The position numbers were made by a program, and so were the translations under genes. Under the pieces are notes generated by a model that had not been told where the DNA came from, ran no database searches, and saw nothing but the letters and a program-made list of their open reading frames with translations. From contig CAUJJW010000111.1 of the NCBI GenBank assembly GCA_963205105.1, forward strand, positions 6,465 to 70,464: a DNA stretch of 64,000 nt. The letters run 5' to 3'. The stretch is from Verrucomicrobiota bacterium. GTDB lineage: Bacteria > Verrucomicrobiota > Verrucomicrobiia > Limisphaerales > CAIMTB01. Below are positions 55,353 to 63,708 of this stretch, piece after piece (position 1 is the first letter of the stretch; each line of letters starts with the position of its first letter).

Positions 55353-56657
55353 AACCCGATACCCCAAATCTTCCTGCTCTCGTTCCTGCTCGCCCTGATT
55401 CCCTGGACCTCCGCCTTCGCTGCGGCCCCGTTCGCCGAACCCACCCCGGAGTCACCCCTCGCTCTCCGTACCCCGGACGGATTCGCCGTGCCCCAACCCG
55501 GTCGGGTTTTCCGGTTCCCGGAGGATCACGGCAGCCACCCGGAGTTCCGCATCGAGTGGTGGTACATCACCGGCCATCTGTGGAACGGCGCCAGCAACCG
55601 GTTCGGTTTCCAGTCGACCTTCTTCCGCACCGCCGGCCCGCCACCCGCCTCTACCAGCCAAGGGCTTCCCATGAACCTGCCTTCCGTAGCGGCGGGCGTC
55701 CCGCCTGCCGTAGAGGGGGGCGTCTCGCCCCCCGAATTGCCCGGTTCAAGGGCCGTGAGCCGGTCGGTTTCGAACAGGGAACTCTCCAGGAGCAGCGCGT
55801 TTGGAACCGATCAGCTGTTCCTGTCCCATTTCGCCCTGCTCGACGTGGGCACGGGACGTTTCCGCCACCAGGAACGCCTGAACCGCGAGGGATGGTCCGC
55901 CGGCGCTTCCGTCTCCAACCTGAACGTCTGGAATGGCGGAGGTTCGCTGGAACTCACCAACAGCCAGGAAGGCGTTCAACTCCGCTTGCGCAGCCACCTC
56001 CGCGCCGAAGCGTCGTGGGATTTGAAGCTCACCCCCACCAAACCCTTGGTGGTCTTCGGGACCAACGGCGTCTCGCGCAAAGGCGCCACCGACACCGCCG
56101 CCAGTCATTACCTCACCTTCCCGCGCCTCCACATTGATGGACTCCTGGAGATCGATGGCGCCAGCCGTCCCGTTCACGGCATTGCCTGGATGGATCACGA
56201 ATTCAGCAGTAGCCAGCTCGCTCCCGACCAGACCGGCTGGGATTGGGCCGCCATTCAATTGCATGACGGACGCGAGATCATGACCTACCGCATGCGGCGC
56301 AAGGACGGTTCCACCGATCCGTTCTCCACCCTGGCCTGGGTCGAACGCGACGGGCGCATCACCCACCTGTCCTCCACCCAGTTCACGCTGGAACCCCGGT
56401 CCCGCTGGAAAAGCCCGCGCTCCGGTGGCGAATACCCACAAGGGTTGACCCTCCGATCCCGTGACCCGGCCACCGGCGCTCCCGTCACATTTCAACTCGT
56501 GCCCCTCGCCGCCGACCAGGAATTGCCCGGATCCATCGGCGAGGTGCCCTATTGGGAAGGCGCCTGCCGGGTTCTCGACCCTGCAGGAACCGAAGTCGGA
56601 TCGGCCTTCGTCGAACTCACAGGTTATGCCGGGGATCTCGCCGGTCGGCTGCGCTGA
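55350..56657 (+). CDS. AttH/CrtC-like lipocalin-fold protein (hydroxyneurosporene-synthase family), carrying an in-frame repeat insertion
   Basis: Internal ATG MNPIPQIFLLSFLLALIPWTSAFA of ORF 54324..56657, located in a CCCCATGAACC repeat terminus. FPEDHGSHPEFRIEWWYITGHL and WMDHEFSS are AttH-family hallmarks. Residues ~107-147 are encoded by RepA+RepD. Confidence 0.75.
   Translation: MNPIPQIFLLSFLLALIPWTSAFAAAPFAEPTPESPLALRTPDGFAVPQPGRVFRFPEDHGSHPEFRIEWWYITGHLWNGASNRFGFQSTFFRTAGPPPASTSQGLPMNLPSVAAGVPPAVEGGVSPPELPGSRAVSRSVSNRELSRSSAFGTDQLFLSHFALLDVGTGRFRHQERLNREGWSAGASVSNLNVWNGGGSLELTNSQEGVQLRLRSHLRAEASWDLKLTPTKPLVVFGTNGVSRKGATDTAASHYLTFPRLHIDGLLEIDGASRPVHGIAWMDHEFSSSQLAPDQTGWDWAAIQLHDGREIMTYRMRRKDGSTDPFSTLAWVERDGRITHLSSTQFTLEPRSRWKSPRSGGEYPQGLTLRSRDPATGAPVTFQLVPLAADQELPGSIGEVPYWEGACRVLDPAGTEVGSAFVELTGYAGDLAGRLR
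55667..55790 (+). repeat. RepA+RepD inserted in-frame inside the AttH-like CDS
   Basis: tcCCATGAACCtgccttCCGTAGCGGCGGGCGTCCCGCCTGCCGTAGAGGGGGGCGTCTCGCCCCCCGAATTGCCCGGTTCAAGGGCCGTGAGCCGGTCGGTTTCGAACAGGGAACTCTCCAGG. It is translated as PMNLPSVAAGVPPAVEGGVSPPELPGSRAVSRSVSNRELSR. Confidence 0.85.
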
Positions 56658-56764
56658 ATCCGTCGTAGCCAATGTTTGAATCCGGTTCCGGACCCCGATA
56701 TACCAGCGACCGTTCAACCGCTCGCCCCCGCGCCTTTCCCGCGCCCGCCGAGCTCGTCCACGCC

Positions 56765-57757
56765 ATGAAAACGCTGAATCAGAAACTCATCCTCACCGGA
56801 ATCGTCGCCTCCTCCCTTTTCCTGCCCGCCCAGGCGGCCGTCGACTTCACCAAAGACGTCGTCCCGATCCTGCGCACCCATTGCATTGAATGCCATGGCC
56901 CCGACAAACAGAAGGGCAAGCTCCGCCTCGACACCAAGGCCGACCTGCTGAAGGGCGGCAAGAATGGCGAAATCGTCAAAGCCGGCGACGCTGCCGCCAG
57001 CGAACTCCATAAACGCGTTGTTCTCCCCAAAGGCGACGACGACCGCATGCCCCCCGAGGGTGAAGGTCTCTCCGCGGAACAAGCCGCCGTCCTGAAGGCC
57101 TGGATCACCGAAGGCGCCAACTGGCCCGATGGTATCGCCATCCAGGTCGCCTCCTCCGCCCCCGCCACCCCCGCGGTCACTCCGGCCGGCCCCGTTAAAC
57201 CCGCGGTGCCCGCCCCGGTCTTGCCCAAGGATTTTCAACCGACGCCCGCCGAAACCGCCGCTCTCGCCACCCTCGCCAAGAACGGCATCGAGGTCCGCGC
57301 CGTGGCCCAGAACTCCCCCTGGCGCGAAGTCAACCTCCGCCCCCAGGGCGCCAGCATCACCGATGCCTCCGTCGCTCCACTCAAGGACGTCACCAGCCTG
57401 ATCGAATTGCGCCTCGGCGGAACCAAGATCACCGACGCCAGCCTCCCCTTGGTCAAATCACTGCCCCACCTTCAGGTGCTCGGCCTGGAACTCACCGGAG
57501 TCACCGACGCCGGCATCGCCAACCTCGCCGGCCTTTCCAATCTCACCTCGCTGAACCTCTACAACACCGCGGTCACGGATGCCGCGCTTGTCCATCTCCA
57601 CGGCATGAAGCACCTCCGCAACGTCTACCTCTGGCAGACCAAGGTGACGGCGGAAGGCACCCAAAAGCTCCAGGAAGCCCTGCCCGGCCTGAACATCAAT
57701 ACCGGCATCGTCTTCACCGCCGTCTCCACCAACGCCCCCGCTGAGGCCAAAAAATAG
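56765..57757 (+). CDS. Planctomycete cytochrome C (PSCyt1) domain plus leucine-rich-repeat protein
   Basis: Signal peptide MKTLNQKLILTGIVASSLFLPAQA. FTKDVVPILRTHCIECHGPDKQKGKLRLD with downstream MPPEG is the PSCyt1 pattern. The C-terminus has LRRs (LxLxxTxVTDAGLxxL). Confidence 0.8.
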   Translation: MKTLNQKLILTGIVASSLFLPAQAAVDFTKDVVPILRTHCIECHGPDKQKGKLRLDTKADLLKGGKNGEIVKAGDAAASELHKRVVLPKGDDDRMPPEGEGLSAEQAAVLKAWITEGANWPDGIAIQVASSAPATPAVTPAGPVKPAVPAPVLPKDFQPTPAETAALATLAKNGIEVRAVAQNSPWREVNLRPQGASITDASVAPLKDVTSLIELRLGGTKITDASLPLVKSLPHLQVLGLELTGVTDAGIANLAGLSNLTSLNLYNTAVTDAALVHLHGMKHLRNVYLWQTKVTAEGTQKLQEALPGLNINTGIVFTAVSTNAPAEAKK

Positions 57758-57789
57758 GCGCCCGCCCGCCACGCCCCGCGGACAACTCG

Positions 57790-58152
57790 CGCATGGGGTC
57801 GAGGAATCGAACAGCGACGCGTGGAACCGAGGCCCGAAGGGCCGAAATGGCGGCCCTCATCCCAGCCTTCTCCCGGAGGGAGAAGGAGACGATGCTCCGC
57901 GGGTCTCGAAGGGCCAAGCCGGACGTTGGCTGGTGCGATTCGCAACGGCTCGAACGGATGGGGTTCAGGCATGTCACCGAGGCCAGGACGCGACACCCTC
58001 TCCCCCCGGGAGAGGGCCGGGGTGAGGGAGCCCATTTCAACCCTCGCGATGGCTGGCATGGGAGGATTCATGTGCAGCCACCTGTTCGGAATCGACATGC
58101 TCACCGACCATCAGCTGGGGATCCCGGGGGGCGGGACGCCCGCCGCTACAAA
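57790..58152 (-). repeat. Mosaic repeat island: RepFb fragment, truncated RepB(-) 57845-58072, RepD(-) 58064-58112, half RepA(-) 58120-58152
   Basis: Contains GAGGCCCGAAGGGCCGAAA, then a RepB copy lacking its terminus, then GGATTCATGTGCAGCCACCTGTTCGGAATCGACATGCTCACCGACC, then GGGGGGCGGGACGCCCGCCGCTAC (a single hairpin only). Confidence 0.8.
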
Positions 58153-58213
58153 ACCACCCCTTCTTCCCCATTCGCCATTCGCTAGCCCCCGTTCCCACCG
58201 CTTCCGCCCCGCC

Positions 58214-61200
58214 ATGAAACCTTACGCGCCCGCCCTGTTCCTCCTGCTCGGCCTCGCCCTCGGTCCGCTGCTCGCCGCTCAGGCCGCTGACCCAGTCCCC
58301 CTCAACACCCGCTCCCGGGTGCCGTCCCCCACCCAGCCCGACCAAATCCAAATCGTCGAGAAACCCGTGCTCTGGGACCCCGCCCGGACCGCCGTCGTCG
58401 TGTGCGACATGTGGGACAAACACCACTGCCCCGACGCCACCGAGCGGGTCGGGGAAATGGCCCCCCGCATGAACGACGTGCTCAAGTCCGCGCGCGACAA
58501 AGGCATGTTCATCATCCATTGCCCCAGCGACACCCTCCGCTTCTACGAAAACCATCCCGGCCGAAAACTCGCCCAGGCCGCACCCAAGGTCGAACCCCGC
58601 GTCCCCCTTCAAGGCTGGTGCTCCGTCGATGCCACCAAGGAAGCCCCACTGCCCATCGACGACTCCGATGGCGGCTGCGACGGCTGCCCCGAATGCCCCG
58701 GTTATGGCGCGTGGACCCGCCAGCATCCCGCATTGGAGATCCAGGACGGCGACGCCATCACCGACTCCGCCGAGGCCTACTACCTCATGCGGGAGCGCGG
58801 CATCACCAACGTCATCGTCATGGGCGTGCACATCAACATGTGCGTGCTCGGTCGCCCCTTCGCCATCCGTCAGATGGTCGCCCAAGGCCAGAACGTGGTC
58901 CTGATGCGGGACATGACCGACTCGATGTACAACCACCGGAAACGCCCTTACGTCTCCCACTTCCGCGGCACCGGCCTCGTCATCGAACACATCGAACGTT
59001 ACTGGTGCCCCAGCATCACCAGCGCCGATTTCCTCGGCGGCCAACCTTTCCGCTTCCGCGACGACGTCCCCAAGCGCATCGCCGTCGTCATCGGCGAAAA
59101 CGAATACCGCACCCACGAAACCTTGCCGAAGTTCATTCAAGATGAACTCGCCTGGCGCGGCTTCGAAATCTCGTACGTCCAGTCGTCGCCCAAGGACGGC
59201 GATCCTGAGTTCGCCAACATCGAAGCCCTCCGCAACGCCGACCTGGTGCTGGTGAGCGTCCGCCGACGCACCCCTCCCCAGGCGATGCTCGACCTGCTCC
59301 GAGCCCATGTCGCCGCCGGTAAAGCCGTCGTCGGCATTCGCACCGCCAGCCATGCCTTCGATGCAAAACCCGCCGATGCCCAACACGCCGCGTGGCCCAC
59401 CTTCGATGTCGATGTGCTCGGAGCCAAATACGGCGGTCATTACGGCAACAAACCACCCAGCGGGCCCCACACGATCGTCAGCATGGTCCGGTCCAACGCC
59501 TCCCACCTGGTCCTGACCGGCGTGCCCACCGGCGACCTGCGCGTGACCTCTCACCTCTACAAATATGCTTCGCCCGCGGAATCCACGGTTCCCCTGCTCA
59601 CCGGCCGCATCGAAGGCGGCGACGCCGTGGAACCCGTCGCCTGGGTCAACACCGCCGCCGACCGCCGCGCGTTCTACACGTCCCTGGGCAATCCCGAGGA
59701 CTTCGCGTTGCCCGCCTTCCGACGCCTTCTGCTGAACGGGATTCTCTGGTGCCTGCACGAGCCTCCGCCCCCCGCCGACGCGGTGGTGTTCGCCGACCCG
59801 GCAAAACCCGCGGCGTCCATGCCCGCCCCGCCAGCTCCAGCGGCGCCTTCTGCTCCAGCACCCTCCGCGCCGCCCGCGCCCGCCCGCGTCGCCGCACCAC
59901 CTGCGACCCTGGATCTTCCCCAGGAAGCCAAGGCTCCCGCGTTGAGTCCCGCCGAAGCCGCCACCCGGTTTCACGTGGCCGACGATCTCGCCTGGGAATC
60001 CGTGCTCGCCGAACCCGAGATCACCCAACCGGTGTTCCTCAACTTCGACGAACGCGGCCGCATGTGGGTGGTGGAGTACCGCCAATACCCCTGGCCGGCC
60101 GGTCTCAAGATGGTCAGTCGCGACAGCGTCTGGCGGGCCGTCTACGACCGCGTGCCACCCGCGCCGCCCCACCATTTCAAGGGCGCCGATCGCATCAGCA
60201 TTCATGAGGACACCGACGGCGACGGCCCCTTCGACCGGCACAAGACCTTTCTCGACGGCTTGAGCATCGTCACCGCGGTGGAGCGGGGTCGCGGCGGCGT
60301 GTGGGTGCTGAACCCGCCGTACCTGCTCTTCTACCGCGACGCGAACCACGACGACGTTCCCGACGGCGACCCGGAGGTTCGGCTTTCCGGGTTCGGTCTC
60401 GAAGACACCCACAGCGTGGCCAATTCCCTTCGTTGGGGGCCCGACGGTTGGCTGTACGGCGCGCAGGGCAGCACGGTCACGGGGAACATCCTGGTCCACG
60501 GCACCGACGGCCAGCCGCTGAATCCGAAGCCCTTCTATTCGCAAGGCCAGAACATCTGGCGCTACCACCCTGACCGACGTCTGTACGAAGTGTTCTCCGA
60601 AGGCGGCGGCAATGCGTTTGGCGTCGAGATCGACGACCAGGGACGCATCTTCTCCGGACACAACGGCGGTGACACGCGCGGCTTCCATTACCTGCAAGGC
60701 GCCTACCTTCAGAAAGGCTTCGAGAAACACGGTCCACTCTCGAATCCGTACGCGTTCGGTTACTTCCCCCCGATGCCCCACCCCGGGGTCCCCCGCTTCA
60801 CCCACAACTTCGTGATCTACACCCACGGCGCACTGCCCGCGCGCTACCACGGCCGGTTGTTCGGTGTGGAACCCATCCAGGGACGCCTCGTGGAGAGCGA
60901 AATCACCGCGGACCAATCGTCGTTCCGCACCCGTGATGTAACACGCCCGGTCACCAGCGACGACCGCTGGTTCCGGCCGGTTGACATCAAGGTGGGTCCC
61001 GACGGCGCGCTCTATGTCTGCGACTGGTACGACCAACAGGTGAACCACTACCGCAATCATGAAGGCAACATCGACACCTCCAACGGCCGCATCTACCGGC
61101 TCAAGGCCAAAGACTCACCAGCCGCCCGAACGGAAGATCTGTCGCGCCTGACCACCGCCGAACTGCTCCCAAAGCTCAACCATCCCAATCGGTGGACCCG

Positions 61201-62974
61201 ACAGACTGCCCTGCGCCTGCTCGGGGATCGTCGTGACCCGGCCGCTATTCCCGCCCTGTCCGCCTCACTTTCCTCAAACCACACGTCCGTAGCGGCGCGC
61301 GTCCCGCCTGCCGGCGAGGGGAGCGTCTCGCCCCCCGGATCCCAGTCCCGTGTTGGCTCTCCCACTCAATTCGCCCTGGAGAGCTTGTGGGCGTTGCACC
61401 TGTCCGGTGGATGGACCGATTCCATAGCGCTCCAGGCTCTCGATCATTCTGACCCGTTCGTGCGCACCTGGACGGTGCGTCTCCTGGGTGACGAACGGCG
61501 TGTTTCCCCCGGTATCGCCACCCGCCTGGCTGCCCTGGCCGCCACCGAGCCCAACCTCGAAGCCCGCAACCAACTCGCCGCCACCGCCAAACGACTGCCC
61601 GCCCGCGAAGGACTGGCGATCGTCCAGGCCCTCGCTTCGCGGGACGAAGACGTCGCCGACAACCGCATGCCCCTGCTCTTGTGGTGGGCGATCGAAGCCC
61701 AGTGCAATGACCACCGGGACAACGTGCTCGCACTCTTCGCCGACCCCGCCTTCTGGAGCCGGCCGCTCGTGGAATCCCATCTCCTGGATCGGACCATGCG
61801 CCGCTTCGCCCAGTCGGGCACACGCCGGGATCTCCTGACCTGTTCCCAACTCTTCGCCCTCTCGCCCACACCGACTCATAGCCGCCGCCTCATGATGGGC
61901 TTCGAAACAGCCTTTAAGGGACGCGCCCTCACCGGTTTCCCCGTGGAACTCGTCCAGGCCATGGCCCGACACCAGGTTGGCTCCGCGGCCTTTGCCCTCC
62001 GCCAAGGTGACCCCCGCGCCATCCGCAGGGCCCTGCAGGTGGTCGCCGACGAAACCGCGCCGCGCAACGAACGCCTCGAATTCTTCGGCGTCATGAGTGA
62101 GGTCAAGGTGCCCGGCGCGGTTCCCGTCCTGACCAAGGCCTACCGCGGCGTGGTGAAGGACGACGGCCTGCGCAAGGCCATCCTCTCCGCCTTCCAGAAC
62201 CAGGACGACCCCGCCATCGCGGAAGTGGTGCTGGGGGTGTACGCCGCGCTGGGCAAGGAGGCATTGCCCACCGCCCAGACCTTGCTGGCCAGCCGACCTG
62301 CTTGGGCGCTGCGATTCGTTCAGGCCCTCCAACCCAAAGGCTCGTCGTGGGCTCTGCCCGGGATCCGGCGCGACTCCATCCCACCCAGCATCGTTCGCAA
62401 ATTGAAACAGCACCGCGACCCCGAACTCCTGCGACTTGCTGAAGCGACCTGGCCCAACACCGGTTCCCCCACCACCGCCGAGATGGAGAAGAAGATCCAG
62501 CAGTTTGCCGGCATCCTACGCGCCGACTCGGGCGATCCGTATGCGGGTCGAACTCTCTTCCAGAACGCCTGCGGCTCCTGCCACAAGCTCTTCGGACAAG
62601 GCGCCGAAGTGGGACCCGATCTGACGGTTCACGACCGCGCCAACCTTGAGTCCATGCTGCTCGCGATCGTCCATCCCAGTGCGGAGATCCGCGAAGGTTT
62701 CGAGAATCACTCGATCGAAACCCGGGACGGCCGTTCCCTCTCGGGCTTCCTCGTGGAACAGGACGATCGGATCATCGTCCTCCGCGGTCTCGACAACCAG
62801 AACACCACCCTGGCCCGCGCCGATCTGGAGGAACTCAGCGTCTCGGGATTGTCCCTGATGCCGGAGGGCTTGCTCGACAGTCTCGACGCCCAACAGGTCC
62901 GCGATCTGTTCGCCTACCTGCGCAGCACCCAGCCACTCGTCGGCGACCCACCCCGGCGCGCCGCGACGCGCTAA
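58214..62974 (+). CDS. Giant multidomain protein: isochorismatase-like, ThuA-like, membrane-bound-dehydrogenase-like beta-propeller, HEAT repeats and cytochrome c (PVC-type heme-binding CxxCH protein)
   Basis: Internal ATG MKPYAPALFLLLGLALGPLLAAQA of ORF 57821..62974. Domain order follows. VVVCDMWDKHHCP...VIVMGVHINMCVLGRPF is cysteine-hydrolase/isochorismatase-like. KRIAVVIGENEYRTHETLP is ThuA-like. DDLAWESVLAEPEITQPVFLNFDERGRMWVVEY is dehydrogenase-like. HEAT repeats come next. The C-terminal segment is CGSCHKLFGQGAEVGPDL. Confidence 0.8.
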   Translation: MKPYAPALFLLLGLALGPLLAAQAADPVPLNTRSRVPSPTQPDQIQIVEKPVLWDPARTAVVVCDMWDKHHCPDATERVGEMAPRMNDVLKSARDKGMFIIHCPSDTLRFYENHPGRKLAQAAPKVEPRVPLQGWCSVDATKEAPLPIDDSDGGCDGCPECPGYGAWTRQHPALEIQDGDAITDSAEAYYLMRERGITNVIVMGVHINMCVLGRPFAIRQMVAQGQNVVLMRDMTDSMYNHRKRPYVSHFRGTGLVIEHIERYWCPSITSADFLGGQPFRFRDDVPKRIAVVIGENEYRTHETLPKFIQDELAWRGFEISYVQSSPKDGDPEFANIEALRNADLVLVSVRRRTPPQAMLDLLRAHVAAGKAVVGIRTASHAFDAKPADAQHAAWPTFDVDVLGAKYGGHYGNKPPSGPHTIVSMVRSNASHLVLTGVPTGDLRVTSHLYKYASPAESTVPLLTGRIEGGDAVEPVAWVNTAADRRAFYTSLGNPEDFALPAFRRLLLNGILWCLHEPPPPADAVVFADPAKPAASMPAPPAPAAPSAPAPSAPPAPARVAAPPATLDLPQEAKAPALSPAEAATRFHVADDLAWESVLAEPEITQPVFLNFDERGRMWVVEYRQYPWPAGLKMVSRDSVWRAVYDRVPPAPPHHFKGADRISIHEDTDGDGPFDRHKTFLDGLSIVTAVERGRGGVWVLNPPYLLFYRDANHDDVPDGDPEVRLSGFGLEDTHSVANSLRWGPDGWLYGAQGSTVTGNILVHGTDGQPLNPKPFYSQGQNIWRYHPDRRLYEVFSEGGGNAFGVEIDDQGRIFSGHNGGDTRGFHYLQGAYLQKGFEKHGPLSNPYAFGYFPPMPHPGVPRFTHNFVIYTHGALPARYHGRLFGVEPIQGRLVESEITADQSSFRTRDVTRPVTSDDRWFRPVDIKVGPDGALYVCDWYDQQVNHYRNHEGNIDTSNGRIYRLKAKDSPAARTEDLSRLTTAELLPKLNHPNRWTRQTALRLLGDRRDPAAIPALSASLSSNHTSVAARVPPAGEGSVSPPGSQSRVGSPTQFALESLWALHLSGGWTDSIALQALDHSDPFVRTWTVRLLGDERRVSPGIATRLAALAATEPNLEARNQLAATAKRLPAREGLAIVQALASRDEDVADNRMPLLLWWAIEAQCNDHRDNVLALFADPAFWSRPLVESHLLDRTMRRFAQSGTRRDLLTCSQLFALSPTPTHSRRLMMGFETAFKGRALTGFPVELVQAMARHQVGSAAFALRQGDPRAIRRALQVVADETAPRNERLEFFGVMSEVKVPGAVPVLTKAYRGVVKDDGLRKAILSAFQNQDDPAIAEVVLGVYAALGKEALPTAQTLLASRPAWALRFVQALQPKGSSWALPGIRRDSIPPSIVRKLKQHRDPELLRLAEATWPNTGSPTTAEMEKKIQQFAGILRADSGDPYAGRTLFQNACGSCHKLFGQGAEVGPDLTVHDRANLESMLLAIVHPSAEIREGFENHSIETRDGRSLSGFLVEQDDRIIVLRGLDNQNTTLARADLEELSVSGLSLMPEGLLDSLDAQQVRDLFAYLRSTQPLVGDPPRRAATR
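61285..61345 (+). repeat. Degenerate RepA inside the giant CDS (in-frame, in the HEAT-repeat region)
   Basis: GTCCGTAGCGGCGCGCGTCCCGCCTGCCGGCGAGGGGAGCGTCTCGCCCCCCGGATCCC, translated as SVAARVPPAGEGSVSPPGS. Confidence 0.75.
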
Positions 62975-62979
62975 GCGGA

Positions 62980-63378
62980 TCGATTCAGATGAAATCGATG
63001 GAGTTCACGCCAAGACGCTGAGACGCAAAGAAAAGCCCCAAAAGGGCAGGATTGGGACCTTCCAGGCACCCAAACCTTTTGGTTCGCGGACACTCACAGG
63101 TGCAGTGCTCATTTTCGCCCGGTCCTTCTTGGCGTCTTCGCGTCTTTGCGTGAGACCCATCTGAATCGGTCCGTTGGCTAAGCCGGACCGACTCAGTTGA
63201 AATCGATAGGGTTCACGCCAAGACTCAAAGACGCCAAGAAAAGTCATAAACAGGACGGGATTGTGAACCTTCCAGGCACCCACACCCTTGGGTTCGCAAA
63301 TCCTTCCGGACGCGAACCTCTTTCGCAGACGGTCCTTCTTGGCATCTTTGCGTCTTCGCGTGAAATCCAACTGAATCG
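62980..63378. mobile_element. RepC copies 4 and 5 in direct tandem (62980-63169 and 63191-63378)
   Basis: Both copies start with CGATTCAG/ACTCAG-TGAAATCGAT-GG-GTTCACGCCAAGAC... and end with ...CTTCTTGGC-TCTT-GCGTCTT-GCGTGA...CTGAATCG. They share the central core CCTTCCAGGCACCCA. Confidence 0.8.
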
Positions 63379-63708
63379 TTCCGTATAGGCTCGGCACCCC
63401 GGTCTCCGCCCATCGCCGGCAGGTGGCGCGAGGAGCCTTGCCCCCGGCGGTGTCTTTTTGCCATCGTCCGCGCGCTGCAACACACCCCAGGCAGGGTGAA
63501 ATGCCGCGATTCAGTCCAAGGAAGCAGGTTTACCCAACGGCTGGAAACACCCCGGCGAGCGACCCTCCATCTGTCGCAGGACGGAGGGCATGCACCCCCA
63601 GCGGGGAGGGAACAATCGCATTCCGACCGCGTGAATCCGCTCAGACTTTAGGAGAATCATCCGATAGGAACGGGAGACTCGACGCTCCTGCGGGCCTTGC
63701 GTGCGCCA

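Noticed and set aside
58037-61060. Very long antisense or off-frame ORFs in the track. Examples: 58037..61060(-) 1007 aa, 46723..48891(-) 722 aa, 36112..38172(+) 686 aa, 39883..41712(-) 609 aa, 5028..6515(-) 495 aa, 917..2056(-), 22100..23074(-), 26894..28021(-).
   Set aside because: They lie opposite or out of frame to genes with clear family motifs. Their products are R/G/A/P/H-rich low-complexity sequence typical of shadow ORFs in GC-rich DNA, and they contain no recognisable motifs.
63480-63708. Possible riboswitch (cobalamin-like GGGTGAAATGCC and AGTCCAAGGAAGCAGG) or other structured leader upstream of the partial methyltransferase gene.
   Set aside because: The B12-box and the conserved GCCACTG core are not present. 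The resemblance is limited to two short strings, and only weak local hairpins (CCCTCC...GGAGGG, CCCCAGCGGGG) are visible. A covariance-model scan would be needed to revive this.
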